Position numbers and translations under genes: made by a program | Part shown: positions 9,018 to 19,196 of the stretch, one piece after another | Layout of the letters: each line of letters opens with the position of its first letter | Numbering within the stretch: position 1 is the stretch's first letter | Source of the DNA: an uncultured Caulobacterales bacterium | GTDB taxonomy: Bacteria; Pseudomonadota; Alphaproteobacteria; Caulobacterales; Maricaulaceae | DNA: 64,000 nucleotides | Assembly (NCBI GenBank): GCA_964524065.1 | Contig: CAZGCB010000001.1 | Location: 16,006-80,005, forward strand | Direction of reading: 5' to 3' | Notes under the pieces: model-generated | The model's input: the letters and a program-made list of their open reading frames with translations, nothing else | The model's database searches: none | Told to the model about the DNA's origin: nothing

Positions 9018-10066
9018 CCCCGGCCGCTTTCGCGATTCCGGGCGATCTCGGCACGCCCACCGGCGGTTATGCCTATGCGCGGCGCATCCTGCCGCTGCTC
9101 GGCGAGTACAATATTGCGGTTCGGCATCTGCCGCTGCCATGCGGCTTTCCGTTTCCGGATGCCGCGGCGCTGCGCCAGACCGGGGATCGGCTTGCCCATG
9201 TTCCACCCGGTGAAGTTGCGCTAATCGACGGCTTGGCGTTTGGCGCGTTGCCTGAGGCGGTCCTGACGCGGATCGCGGCTCCGATCGTCGCCCTGGTGCA
9301 CCATCCGCTCGGGCTAGAGACGGGATTGTCGGCGGAGGGCAGCGCGCAATTGATCGAAAGCGAGCGGCATGCGCTGAGGTATGCCCATAGGGTGGTGGCA
9401 ACGAGCGAGACCACAGCACAGACGCTGCGGGTTGATTTCGACGTCCCGTCAGATCGCCTCAGCGTTGCCATACCGGGCACAGAGCGTGCTGCGCGCGCGC
9501 CGGGCGGCGGGGACGTGCCGCATTTGTTGAGCGTTGGCGCTGTTGTACCGCGCAAGGGCTTTGACGTGCTGGTCGCGGCGCTGGCGCGGCTAACCGAGCG
9601 GCCCTGGCGTTGCACCATTGCTGGCAGCCTCGACCGCGACCTGACGACGGCGGAAGCGCTGCGCGCACAGATCAGCCGGTCGGGGCTAGGGGACCGCGTG
9701 ACGCTGACCGGCGCGCTCGAAACGGACGCGCTAAACGGCCTTTACCACAGCGCGGACATCTTCGTGCTTGCATCCCGTTACGAGGGCTATGGCATGGCGT
9801 TCACCGAAGCGATGGCGCGCGGCCTGCCGATCGTCGCGGCGGACGCCGGTGCAGTGCCGGCGACCGTTCCGCGCGGGGCTGGCATTCTGGTTCCGCCCGA
9901 CGACGCGGCCTCACTGGCCGATGCGCTGCGGACATTGCTGGACGATCCGGCCAAGCGCCGCACGCTCGGGGACGCAGCATTCGCCCATGCCCGCGCGCTG
10001 CCGTCCTGGGATGACACATCACGCGGCGTCGCCAAGGCGATCCAGGCAGCACAGGAGGCACGATGA
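9014..10066 (+). CDS. GT4-family (GT-B) glycosyltransferase
   Basis: C-terminal motif ASRYEGYGMAFTEAMARGLPIVAADAGAVP (E-x7-E type). The GTG start overlaps the upstream stop (GTGA). Confidence 0.8.
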   Translation: MTPAAFAIPGDLGTPTGGYAYARRILPLLGEYNIAVRHLPLPCGFPFPDAAALRQTGDRLAHVPPGEVALIDGLAFGALPEAVLTRIAAPIVALVHHPLGLETGLSAEGSAQLIESERHALRYAHRVVATSETTAQTLRVDFDVPSDRLSVAIPGTERAARAPGGGDVPHLLSVGAVVPRKGFDVLVAALARLTERPWRCTIAGSLDRDLTTAEALRAQISRSGLGDRVTLTGALETDALNGLYHSADIFVLASRYEGYGMAFTEAMARGLPIVAADAGAVPATVPRGAGILVPPDDAASLADALRTLLDDPAKRRTLGDAAFAHARALPSWDDTSRGVAKAIQAAQEAR

Positions 10067-10908
10067 GCGGATTCTCCACAGATTGGCTTGACCTTCGCGA
10101 AGAGGCCGATCAGCGCGCCCGCGATGCCGGACTGGAAGCACGGCTGGCCGAGCATTTCGCCGGGCGCGAGCGGCTGAATATCGTCGATCTCGGCTGCGGG
10201 ACCGGGGCCAACGCCCGTGCGCTTGCGCCGAACCTTCCGGGCACGCAGAGTTGGCGCTTCGTCGATCACGACGGGGAACTGTTGGCGGCGGCGCGCGCGC
10301 GCATGGCTGACTGGGCGGCGGCTGCCGACGATGCGCAGGGGGACCTGCGCTTGAGCGTGCAGGGCAAGCCGCTCGATATTCGTTTCCAGCAGGCTGACCT
10401 GAACGGTGATCTGTCCGCATTCATCCAGCCGGGCGACGATCTCGTGACCGCCGCGGCGTTTTTCGATCTGGTCTCGCCCGAATGGATCGCCCGCTTCGCC
10501 GAGGCGGTCACCGGCACGGGCGCAGCGTTCTACACGGTACTGATCTATGACGGCGAAGAGGTCTGGATGCCAGCCCATGAAAGTGATCCGGCAGTGCATG
10601 CTGCGTTTCATGCCCATCAGCGTGGAGACAAGGGCTTTGGCTGCGCCGCCGGGCCGGACGCCGCCGATCTACTGATCCGCCGGTTTGCCGAGGCGGGCTA
10701 TCATGTCTATGCCGCCCCCAGCCCATGGCGGCTCGGCGCGCCGGACACAGCACTCATCGCAACCCTTGCCGAGGGCACGGCGAAAGCTGCGCTCGCAGCC
10801 GGCTTGATCGACAGCGCGACCGCCGAAGCCTGGCGCGAGGCGCGCGCAAGTGCAGACGCCGCCATTATCGGCCATATCGATATCCTCGCGCTTCCGCCCG
10901 AGAATTAG
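10063..10908 (+). CDS. Class I SAM-dependent methyltransferase
   Basis: NIVDLGCGTGANARAL motif I. ATGA overlap with the glycosyltransferase stop. Confidence 0.7.
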   Translation: MSGFSTDWLDLREEADQRARDAGLEARLAEHFAGRERLNIVDLGCGTGANARALAPNLPGTQSWRFVDHDGELLAAARARMADWAAAADDAQGDLRLSVQGKPLDIRFQQADLNGDLSAFIQPGDDLVTAAAFFDLVSPEWIARFAEAVTGTGAAFYTVLIYDGEEVWMPAHESDPAVHAAFHAHQRGDKGFGCAAGPDAADLLIRRFAEAGYHVYAAPSPWRLGAPDTALIATLAEGTAKAALAAGLIDSATAEAWREARASADAAIIGHIDILALPPEN

Positions 10909-11456
10909 ATCATCCGGCTGAGCACGCCGTCACGGCGAACGATGCCGTGGTACAGGCCGGCGGCAATATGCAGTGTCGCCACGCCAGCGAGAAAGAAGCC
11001 CATATAGCCGTGGATCCAGAGAAGCAACTTGGACAACTCCCGATCTTCTCCGACCAGCGCCGGCATTTCAAAGAGACCGAAGACGGGCACCGGGGCGGGG
11101 AACGCGGATGTACCGGCCCAGCCGAGAAGCGGCATGGCGACCAGAAGCACGTACAAAGTGAAATGCACGATCCGTGAGACAACGAACTGGGCCGGCGTCA
11201 GAACGCCCGAGGCGGCTGGAGCGCCGAGGGTCAGGCGATAGCCAACGCGCATCGCCATCAGAGTCAGCACGACAACGCCGAACGATTTATGCAAGTCATA
11301 AAGATTGTTCGTTAAGGCCCGCGATAGATCGACATTCACCATCAATATCCCTGAGGGGATGAGAAAGATCACGCACGCCGCAACCGCCCAATGTAAAAAC
11401 TTCGCCGCCAGAGAATAGTCGCGATCAACCGCCGTCGCCATCGCCATGCCATTCAC
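10905..11456 (-). CDS. Cytochrome b561 family membrane protein (CybB-like)
   Basis: 183 aa, four TM helices. Conserved His positions (KFLHW, LHKSFG, IVHFTLY, LWIHGY). Its start overlaps the RibD-C stop (4 nt). Confidence 0.75.
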   Translation of the reverse strand: MNGMAMATAVDRDYSLAAKFLHWAVAACVIFLIPSGILMVNVDLSRALTNNLYDLHKSFGVVVLTLMAMRVGYRLTLGAPAASGVLTPAQFVVSRIVHFTLYVLLVAMPLLGWAGTSAFPAPVPVFGLFEMPALVGEDRELSKLLLWIHGYMGFFLAGVATLHIAAGLYHGIVRRDGVLSRMI

Positions 11457-12160
11457 TCCCGTTCATTGCCGCGCATGTCGCAATCGAAAATAACATCGCC
11501 GTCAGGCAAGGGGTAGGCGCGCGTGCGCGGACGCAGCGCCTGTGATAGTCTATCAATTGGCGGCAAGACCAGCCCGGGTTTGCCAGAGCCAATGATCATC
11601 GGGGCCATAAGAATATGCAGCCGGTCAAGAGCGTCGGCCTGAATGAAGCGCGAGATAGTGTGCGCGCCGCCCTCCACGAGAATGCGCTGAAAGCCCAGAT
11701 CAAAGAGGTGGGAGACGATCTCGCGGGCGCATAGCCCGTTATCGCCACCGCGGATCATGACCTGCTCGACACGCTGCGGCAAATTACTCGGGCGGCTGGA
11801 AATGGCGATGACCCGCGTATCGTCGTCGCACAGGCATTTGGCGTTTTGCGGAAGGCGGGCGTTTGGGTCGATAATGACGCGGGCAGGATTCTGGCCGGCC
11901 ACCCGTCGCACGGTGAGTGCCGGGTCGTCGGCGAGCACTGTGCCGATGCCAACGATGACCGCGTCAACGGCCGCGCGCAAGCGGTGCAGGTGCGCGAGCG
12001 CGCCCGGACCATTGATGTATTTGGAGGCCCCGGTGTGCGTGGCGATGCGGCCATCAAGCGTCTGCCCGAGCTGGGCGATCACGAAAGGCCGTGCCGGATC
12101 GCAGGTGTCAAGGCAGGCGAGGGAGCCGTCAAGGCCGTCTGCGGTCATGAAATATCGCAC
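11453..12160 (-). CDS. RibD C-terminal (DHFR-like) reductase-domain protein with no deaminase domain
   Basis: AQLGQTLDGRIAT...SKYINGPGALAHLHRLRAAVDAVIVGIGTVLADDPALTVR...ILVEGGAHT, typical of the RibD reductase domain. An alternative start is at 12148. Confidence 0.8.
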   Translation of the reverse strand: MRYFMTADGLDGSLACLDTCDPARPFVIAQLGQTLDGRIATHTGASKYINGPGALAHLHRLRAAVDAVIVGIGTVLADDPALTVRRVAGQNPARVIIDPNARLPQNAKCLCDDDTRVIAISSRPSNLPQRVEQVMIRGGDNGLCAREIVSHLFDLGFQRILVEGGAHTISRFIQADALDRLHILMAPMIIGSGKPGLVLPPIDRLSQALRPRTRAYPLPDGDVIFDCDMRGNERE

Positions 12161-12255
12161 ATTGGCAGGTTAACTGATCCAGAGCGTGGCGTTCATATTA
12201 TAATAGTGGGGCGGCTGGCGGCGACAGCAGACTTCTTGAAACCGTCCGAGAGGGC

Positions 12256-13443
12256 ATGTCCCTGGACATTAGCGATGACGCGCGCGGCAAGCGCAGCGCA
12301 CAAGGTGCAGAGACCAACAACGTGATTAAAAGTGCTTTGCAATATCTGTTTGGCGATCCCGAGGCCGTTGCCATCGAGCGCGCCCTCGCTGAACTGAGGT
12401 CGGGCCGGCCTGTTATCGTGTCTGGCGCGAGAGGAAAAATGCTCACGATCGCCGCGGAGAGCGTTGACAGCCAAGTGCTGGCCAGGCTGCGTCAAAGCGG
12501 GTTGGACGACGCGCGTCTGGTGCTATCGCCCGCCCGCCTTCGCCTGCTCGGCCACGATGTCCAGGCAGCCGCTAGCATCAATATTGCCGACTATGAGGCC
12601 GATGCGCTGCTCGACGTTGTCTGCCAGGCAGATGCGCGTCTGGAGGTGGCCACCCCGCGCCCCGCCTGCGCGACGGAGACGGCGGGGTTGGAGCTTGTCA
12701 GGCTGGCCTACATGCTGCCGGCGGCGATCATTGCGCCTGTAGACAACGGCACAGATACCGGCGGCATTGTCGGCGTCAGCGCCTCCGCGATCGATCATTA
12801 CTGCAAGCATGTGCTTACCGCGCCGCATATTGTCTCGCGCGCACCGGTGCCGCTGGAACATGTTGGCGAGACCGAATTCATCGTGTTCCGTGGCGGAGAA
12901 GGCATGCGCGATCAGGTCGCGGTGATCGTCGGTCAGCCCGACCCGGACGATGCGGTCTTCGTGCGCATTCATTCCGCCTGCCTGACCGGCGATTTGTTCG
13001 CGAGCCTGAAATGCGACTGCGGCGATCAATTGCGCGGAACGGTCAAACGCATGGCCGAGACCGGAGGCGGCGTCCTGCTGTATCTTGACCAGGAAGGGCG
13101 CGGCAACGGGATCGCCAATAAGATCCGCGCTTACAAACTACAGCACGCCGGGTACGACACGTACGAAGCCGATGAGATTCTCGGGTTCGATCTCGATCAG
13201 CGCCGGTTCGACTTCGCCGCGGCCATGCTGCGCGAGCTTGGCTTCACGACAGTACGGCTGATGACCAATAATCCGGAAAAAGTAGCGGCATTGCGCGAAG
13301 CCGGGCTGGAAGTCGTGTCCAGTCATCGCGTGATCGGACGCTCAACCGAGCATAACGTGTCTTATTTGGAGACGAAGCGCGATCGCGCTGGTCACATTAT
13401 TGCTAATGACCTGAAGACTTCGGGCTCGGTCGGAGAGAAGTAG
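12256..13443 (+). CDS. ribA: GTP cyclohydrolase II with an N-terminal degenerate DHBP-synthase-like domain
   Basis: RIHSACLTGDLFASLKCDCGDQL (Zn Cys triad), YLDQEGRGNGIANKIRAYKLQ, RLMTNNPEKV. The N-terminal roughly 190 aa resembles RibB (ALAELRSGRPVIV) but lacks the acidic DRENEGD cluster. Confidence 0.85.
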   Translation: MSLDISDDARGKRSAQGAETNNVIKSALQYLFGDPEAVAIERALAELRSGRPVIVSGARGKMLTIAAESVDSQVLARLRQSGLDDARLVLSPARLRLLGHDVQAAASINIADYEADALLDVVCQADARLEVATPRPACATETAGLELVRLAYMLPAAIIAPVDNGTDTGGIVGVSASAIDHYCKHVLTAPHIVSRAPVPLEHVGETEFIVFRGGEGMRDQVAVIVGQPDPDDAVFVRIHSACLTGDLFASLKCDCGDQLRGTVKRMAETGGGVLLYLDQEGRGNGIANKIRAYKLQHAGYDTYEADEILGFDLDQRRFDFAAAMLRELGFTTVRLMTNNPEKVAALREAGLEVVSSHRVIGRSTEHNVSYLETKRDRAGHIIANDLKTSGSVGEK

Positions 13444-13474
13444 CTTCACGCGCACACCGGACGTGAGCGGCGGT

Positions 13475-13801
13475 TTACGCGTCCGAAGCCGCCGGCGCCG
13501 ACGTTTCAGCGGCTTCACGCTCTGCCAGCGCCTTGCGGAGATCGCGCTTGATCTTCAAAGCCTTTGGCGACAGTTGAGCATCAGGCGCCTTCATCAAGAA
13601 AGCGTCAAGTCCGCCGCGATGGTCGACCGTGCGCAGAGCATGGGCGCTGATGCGCATCTGCACGCTGCGTTGAAGCGTGTCGCTGATCAGCGTAACATCG
13701 CACAGGTTGGGAAGAAAACGCCGGCGCGTCTTGTTGTTCGCATGACTGACATTATGGCCGGTCTGCGCGGTTTTTCCTGTTAGCTCGCAACGGCGGCTCA
13801 T
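13475..13801 (-). CDS. rpmB: 50S ribosomal protein L28
   Basis: [34 protein letters not shown] used the internal start at 13801 rather than the track start 13849. Confidence 0.9.
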   Translation of the reverse strand: MSRRCELTGKTAQTGHNVSHANNKTRRRFLPNLCDVTLISDTLQRSVQMRISAHALRTVDHRGGLDAFLMKAPDAQLSPKALKIKRDLRKALAEREAAETSAPAASDA

Positions 13802-13924
13802 CTCGATCTCCAGAACGTTGGGAAAAGACGTCGCGCCAACGCGGCGCACAACCCTGCGTTACTAGCGCTCGCCGACGTGATGGTCAAGAGAGGCGGAGAC
13901 CCTTGGCCCCCGCCTCCCATATAA

Positions 13925-15862
13925 TCAACCCTGCGGCTGCGGCTCCATGCCGCCGGTATCGGGCTCTTCGCCGCCGCGCGGCTTGCGGCCGGCACTTGGA
14001 ACCGCCGAAGAGCGCTTCCGCGGCTCGTTCGTGACCTCCGCCTCGAATTCGCGCAGCGGCGGCTTGCCTTCGAGCAGATCGCTGATCTCCTGACCACTCA
14101 GCGTTTCGTATTCGAGCAAACCCTTGGCGATAATGTGCAGCTTATCGACGTTCTCCTCGATCAGTCTCTTGGCGTAATCGTATCCCTCGTCGACGATCCG
14201 GTAGATTTCCTCGTCAACAAGCTTTTGCGTCTCGTCGGAGAGATGCTGCTGCCGGGCCACGGAGTGCCCGAGGAACACTTCATCTTCGTTCTCGCCATAG
14301 GCCAACGGGCCGAGCTTGTCGGACATACCGTATTGCGTGACCATCGCGCGGGCCATCTGAGTCGCCATCTTGAAGTCCATCGCCGCGCCGGAGGTCACCT
14401 TTTCGTAACCGAAGATGGTCTCTTCGGCCACGCGACCACCCATCGCCACAGCGATGTCAGCCTTCATCTTCTGGCGGGTGACGGACAGCGCATCACGCTC
14501 CGGCAAGCGCATGACCATGCCCAGCGCTCGACCCCGCGGGATGATCGTCGCCTTGTGGACCGGGTCGGAGCCCTGAACCATCAGACCAATCAGGGCGTGG
14601 CCGCCTTCGTGGTATGCCGTGAGGCGCTTTTCCTCGTCGGTCATCACCATCGAGCGGCGCTCGGCACCCATCAGCACCTTATCCTTCGCGTCCTCGAACT
14701 CGTTCTGTGTGACCAGCCGCTTCGAGCGCCGGGCCGCCAGCAGCGCAGCCTCGTTCACGAGGTTGGCGAGATCTGCGCCAGCAAAGCCAGGCGTCCCGCG
14801 CGCGATCACCCTGATGTCCACGTCCGGAGCCAGCGGCACCTTTCGCGTATGCACCTTGAGGATCTTCTCGCGGCCCATAACGTCGGGGTTGGGCACAACC
14901 ACCTGCCGGTCAAAGCGGCCGGGACGCAGCAGCGCCGGGTCAAGCACGTCCGGGCGGTTGGTCGCCGCAATCAGGATGACGCCTTCATTCGCCTCGAACC
15001 CGTCCATCTCGACTAAGAGCTGGTTCAGCGTCTGCTCACGCTCGTCGTTGCCGCCGCCGAGACCCGCACCGCGGTGCCGTCCCACGGCGTCAATCTCGTC
15101 GATGAAGATGATGCAGGGCGCGTTCTTCTTGGCCTGCTCGAACATGTCGCGCACGCGGCTGGCGCCGACGCCGACAAACATCTCCACAAAATCCGACCCG
15201 GAAATCGTGAAAAACGGCACATTCGCCTCGCCCGCCACAGCGCGCGCGATCAGCGTCTTACCCGTGCCGGGAGGTCCGACGAGCAATGCGCCCTTTGGGA
15301 TTTTGCCGCCGAGTTTTTGGAATTTCGCCGGATCCTTCAGGAACTCGACGATTTCCTCCAGCTCCTCCTTGGCCTCATCCACGCCGGCAACATCGTCAAA
15401 GGTGACCCGCCCCGTGCGCTCGGTCAGAAGTCGCGCTTTGGATTTGCCAAAGCCCATGGCGCCGCGTCCGCCGGACTGCATTTGGCGCATGAAGAAAATC
15501 CACACGCCGATCAGCAGCAGCATCGGGAACCAGGTGATGAAGATGGACAACAGGCTCGGCCCGCCGGAATTGGGGGAGACCACCTCCACCTCCGCGCCGG
15601 AGCCCTCCAAACGCGTCACAAAATCATCGCGTACGAAAATCGGAACGGTGCTGGTGAAAGCTGCGCCTGAACGCAGCGTGCCCTGCACCTGATCGCCCTC
15701 CAGCCGCACGCTCTCCACGCGCCGCGCGTCCACCTCCTGCATGAACTGACTGTAAGTCAGCTCCTGGCCCTGACCATTGGGCGAGGTGTTTTGAAACAGC
15801 TGGAACAACGCGATCAGCACGATCGCGACAATGACCCAAACGGCAAGATTGCGAAGATTCAT
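13925..15862 (-). CDS. ftsH: ATP-dependent zinc metalloprotease FtsH
   Basis: [42 protein letters not shown] zinc site. Start MNLRNL at 15862. Confidence 0.95.
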   Translation of the reverse strand: MNLRNLAVWVIVAIVLIALFQLFQNTSPNGQGQELTYSQFMQEVDARRVESVRLEGDQVQGTLRSGAAFTSTVPIFVRDDFVTRLEGSGAEVEVVSPNSGGPSLLSIFITWFPMLLLIGVWIFFMRQMQSGGRGAMGFGKSKARLLTERTGRVTFDDVAGVDEAKEELEEIVEFLKDPAKFQKLGGKIPKGALLVGPPGTGKTLIARAVAGEANVPFFTISGSDFVEMFVGVGASRVRDMFEQAKKNAPCIIFIDEIDAVGRHRGAGLGGGNDEREQTLNQLLVEMDGFEANEGVILIAATNRPDVLDPALLRPGRFDRQVVVPNPDVMGREKILKVHTRKVPLAPDVDIRVIARGTPGFAGADLANLVNEAALLAARRSKRLVTQNEFEDAKDKVLMGAERRSMVMTDEEKRLTAYHEGGHALIGLMVQGSDPVHKATIIPRGRALGMVMRLPERDALSVTRQKMKADIAVAMGGRVAEETIFGYEKVTSGAAMDFKMATQMARAMVTQYGMSDKLGPLAYGENEDEVFLGHSVARQQHLSDETQKLVDEEIYRIVDEGYDYAKRLIEENVDKLHIIAKGLLEYETLSGQEISDLLEGKPPLREFEAEVTNEPRKRSSAVPSAGRKPRGGEEPDTGGMEPQPQG

Positions 15863-15974
15863 CAGAAAAACTTTCCGTGCTGCGCGTGCTCTAGCGTCCG
15901 CTGGGGCTGAGCGCGGTGCGGCGCACAACCCGTCTTGTGTCTTATGTGGTTCGCCTTAGGCCCCGCGCCAACCG

Positions 15975-17294
15975 CTAAACGTCGCAAGCATGCACACGCC
16001 AGGTATCCGGTTCGTAAGGACGCAGGGCGCGGGCGAGAATTTGCGGCGCCAATAAACGGCGCGGCGGGTAACACGCCGCGGCTCCGCTGTGATCAGGAAA
16101 TTCCGGCGCCCCGTCAACGCCGGGCCTCACCTCGACTGCGGACGCATGGGGCCCGACCAGCCATCGCCCATCCCAGACAGCGCCTGTGCCCGCCGCGAGC
16201 CGCAACGGCGCGATGGGCGCCCCACCCGCCCGTCCGAACAACGCCCCCGGATCCCGCTCCGCCACAACACATTCGCGGCCCAACGGCCGCAGGCGCGCGC
16301 CAGCCAACGTGGCGCCGCGGAATGGCGCGTCCAGAGCGCCCAATGCCGCGTCCAACCGCGCCAACGCCGCCGGGGCGATGGGCGCAACCGTCCCAGACGC
16401 CGCATGCAGCACCGCCTCCAAACAGCGCTGACGCACCGTCGGCGTGGCGAGGACATAAGAACGCACGTGCAGCGTCAGTCCACCAGGTGGTCGCTCAGCC
16501 TGCGGCGACAGCGCCTGCGACACATCCGCAGGGGCGCCAGCCAAGGTCGCTCGGGCATCCACCGCCGCGCAGCGCAACGCCCAGGCCGCCTCCAGTGTCT
16601 GAGCCTCCACCGCCGCCGCCGCCCGCGCCAGCGCGCGCCAACGCTCCGGCGACAGCCCCGCATGTCGCATAGCCCCGAGCACACCGCGGACTCGCACCCG
16701 CTCATGGCGGCGATCGGCATTACTGGGGTCCTCGCACCAGCTGAAGCCGCTCTGCCGCAACAGGACCCGCAAATCGGCGCGCGACACCTCCAGCAGCGGC
16801 CGCCCCAACGCAAGATCGCGCCCCTGCGGCCAAACCGGCGCAGGACTCAGCCCCGCAAAACCGCTGAGACCGCGCGCACCGACACCCGGCCGCATCAGCC
16901 GCATGGCCAGGGTTTCAGCGCGATCATCGGCATTGTGCCCTAGAAACAGCAGCCGCACGCCCTGGTTGGCGCACGCGTGCGCCAGGGCGCGATGGCGGGC
17001 CAAGCGCAGTCTCTGTTGATCCGGCGCCGCCGGTGGCGTCACGGACGTCCCATCCCCCCAATCGGACGCGCCAAGCGTGATGCGCGTACACGGCACAGCC
17101 AGCTCGTGCGCCAACGCCGCCACATAATCGGCTTCCGCCGCCGCCGCCGCACGCACGCCGTGATTCACCGTAAAGACATGCAGAGGCTGGCGGGCGCGCT
17201 GCGCCCAGGCGGCCGTGAGACACAACAAGGCGGTTGAGTCCCCGCCTCCCGACACCGCTAGCCCAATGGGGGCCCCGGCGCGATGCGACGACAA
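15975..17294 (-). CDS. tilS: tRNA(Ile)-lysidine synthase TilS
   Basis: PP-loop motif LAVSGGGDSTALL. Conserved position upstream of ftsH. Confidence 0.85.
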   Translation of the reverse strand: MSSHRAGAPIGLAVSGGGDSTALLCLTAAWAQRARQPLHVFTVNHGVRAAAAAEADYVAALAHELAVPCTRITLGASDWGDGTSVTPPAAPDQQRLRLARHRALAHACANQGVRLLFLGHNADDRAETLAMRLMRPGVGARGLSGFAGLSPAPVWPQGRDLALGRPLLEVSRADLRVLLRQSGFSWCEDPSNADRRHERVRVRGVLGAMRHAGLSPERWRALARAAAAVEAQTLEAAWALRCAAVDARATLAGAPADVSQALSPQAERPPGGLTLHVRSYVLATPTVRQRCLEAVLHAASGTVAPIAPAALARLDAALGALDAPFRGATLAGARLRPLGRECVVAERDPGALFGRAGGAPIAPLRLAAGTGAVWDGRWLVGPHASAVEVRPGVDGAPEFPDHSGAAACYPPRRLLAPQILARALRPYEPDTWRVHACDV

Positions 17295-17350
17295 CCGATC
17301 AAGCGCGGCGCAAACCGCGCGTGCGATCGGCTCCGCCGCGCCGGCGACAA

Positions 17351-18415
17351 TCAGGGGCAGCCCGCCGCTGTACGCACCTTCGCCGCTTGATTGGTCAGGG
17401 TGATGGGCGCGCGTTTGAAGGTGCGATCAAACTCATCCAGCTGCCCGCACGCATCATCGCGCAAATCCAGCTCGGTGAGGGCGTCAGCCAGGCTGATCAT
17501 CGCCTCCGGCGCTTTGGGACCGCGCGGATCGACATCCAACGATCGGATGTACGCCCGTGCGGCGGAATCATAGATGCCGCGCACCGAGTCCACTTGGCCG
17601 CGCCAATACCAGGCCTCGCCGACCAGCGGGCTGTCTTGGTAGCGCTCCAAAAACAACGAGAACAGCTCCGCCGCCTCATCATACCGGGCCTCAACAACGA
17701 GGTTTTTGCCCAGTTGCATGGCGTCTTCATCGGAGTTGGGCAACGTCACGGGACCGCGTGGCGCGCTGGACGTCTCCGACCGCGCGGGCGCCGCCAAAGG
17801 CGTATCAGGGCCCGACGCCGCCTCAAACCCACTCGCTCCGCCTGTGGGCGCCGCCATGGCGGAAAAATCGGCCGGCCCCGCTTCTGAGGCGAGCGGCGTC
17901 CGGGCGCTGGGGCCGTTCGGACCGGCGCCAGCATCCGGTGCAAAGGCCGGCGTTCCCACCGCGTCATACTGATAAAACGGGCTTTCCGCATCGAAAGGCG
18001 CATAGGCCGACGGAGGCAGCCCCAGATTCTCTACAATTTGTTGATCGCGCAGCTCAATCTCGCGGATCAACGTCGCCAATCGCGCACGCAATTGCTGGTT
18101 CTCCAGCGTGCTGCGCTCCAGCGCACCCGTGAGCGACGCCAGCTGCGCCTCCATGGCGTCCAAACGCGCGATCAAACGCTCCGCAATGGGATCGCCCGTC
18201 AAGCGATCGCGCTCCAGGATTTGAAGGCGCGCCTCTTGATCGCGAATGGCGTCCGCCGCGCCGCGCAAGCGCGCATCCAATTCGCGATTGGACTGGGCGT
18301 CCGCCGGCGCGCTCGACACGCCAACCGCCACGAGACAGGCAAGAGCCGCCAGCCCCATGACGGACAGCCGAACAGCGACAGGATGGAACAGACGGATCAT
18401 GGTGCCTCTCTCCAT
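17351..18415 (-). CDS. cpoB: Tol-Pal system protein CpoB/YbgF
   Basis: Signal peptide, N-terminal coiled coil (QEARLQILE...), C-terminal TPR region. Lies directly downstream of pal. The start could instead be MIRLF at 18400. Confidence 0.8.
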   Translation of the reverse strand: MERGTMIRLFHPVAVRLSVMGLAALACLVAVGVSSAPADAQSNRELDARLRGAADAIRDQEARLQILERDRLTGDPIAERLIARLDAMEAQLASLTGALERSTLENQQLRARLATLIREIELRDQQIVENLGLPPSAYAPFDAESPFYQYDAVGTPAFAPDAGAGPNGPSARTPLASEAGPADFSAMAAPTGGASGFEAASGPDTPLAAPARSETSSAPRGPVTLPNSDEDAMQLGKNLVVEARYDEAAELFSLFLERYQDSPLVGEAWYWRGQVDSVRGIYDSAARAYIRSLDVDPRGPKAPEAMISLADALTELDLRDDACGQLDEFDRTFKRAPITLTNQAAKVRTAAGCP

Positions 18416-18537
18416 AGCGCGTATCGTGCAAACAAAATTGGCGCGGCGAAACTATGGCGCCGCGCCAATGAAGGCTTCATTCACACGCAGACCTGGCGCC
18501 ACGCGTTTTTCGCCATCGGGCGGGGGATCACCCCCGC

Positions 18538-19056
18538 TTAGAAGAACGTGTCTTCGACGATGAAGGTGTGCGCATTCCGGTTCGTAGCCCACGCCAGCTC
18601 ATTGGACGCCGGGTCCAGCGGGCGGTCTTTGCCGTAGGAAATCGTCGTGACGCGCGACGGATCCACACCCAAGCCGACCAAGAAATCCCGCACCGCATTG
18701 GCGCGACGCGCGCCGAGAGCAAGATTGTACTCGCGCGTGCCGCGCTCGTCACAATTGCCTTCCACGCGGACAGACACCATCGGGTTTTGGTTCATCCACT
18801 CCGCTTGAGCGCGCAGCACCTCGCGCGCCTCATCTTTCAGGGTGGATTCGTCAAAGCCGAAGAACACCCGATCGGCGCCGGCATACTGGGTCAGCTGCTC
18901 TTGCATGCTCAGCGTGGGCGCGAACTCGGACTCATAGATGTCGTCCGGCGTGCTCACGGGCTCCTCAAACATCGGGGCCACAGGCTCATCATTGTTCGAG
19001 CCGCAAGCGGCCACGGCGATCGTCGCAGCGGCGACGGTGGCGAGTTTGGCTTTCAT
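18538..19056 (-). CDS. pal: Peptidoglycan-associated lipoprotein Pal (OmpA-like)
   Basis: Lipobox AVAACGS. OmpA_C motifs VRVEGNCDERGTREYNLALGARRA. Internal start at 19056. Confidence 0.9.
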   Translation of the reverse strand: MKAKLATVAAATIAVAACGSNNDEPVAPMFEEPVSTPDDIYESEFAPTLSMQEQLTQYAGADRVFFGFDESTLKDEAREVLRAQAEWMNQNPMVSVRVEGNCDERGTREYNLALGARRANAVRDFLVGLGVDPSRVTTISYGKDRPLDPASNELAWATNRNAHTFIVEDTFF

Positions 19057-19196
19057 TCTGCGATGTCCCTCAACAGTGAAACGGTTCCGCCGCGGCGGCG
19101 CTTGTCCCCAGCCATCCACATGCGACGCTTTCATCCTAGCGAACGCGCTGGGTCGTCTTACAACGGCGAATCAACGCCAATCAAGCAGTAACCGCC

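Noticed and set aside
12161-12255. Possible FMN (RFN) riboswitch upstream of the GTP cyclohydrolase II gene. Fragments such as CGACAGCAGAC and GTCCGAGAGGG resemble parts of the RFN 3' half.
   Set aside because: Only about 95 nt are available, shared with a divergent promoter. The conserved 5' half and multi-stem architecture of the roughly 140-nt RFN element are absent, so the resemblance is probably coincidental.
14619-15692. 357-aa plus-strand ORF antisense to ftsH (the overlapping ORF 14135-15016 is similar)
   Set aside because: It lies entirely inside the strongly supported ftsH CDS. Its Ser/Arg/Pro/Ala-rich, low-complexity translation is typical of antisense frames in high-GC DNA, and it has no recognisable motifs.
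15935-16672. 245-aa Pro/Ala/Arg-rich plus-strand ORF
   Set aside because: It is antisense to tilS, which has a clear PP-loop motif. Its extreme Pro/Arg composition is typical of a GC-rich artefact.
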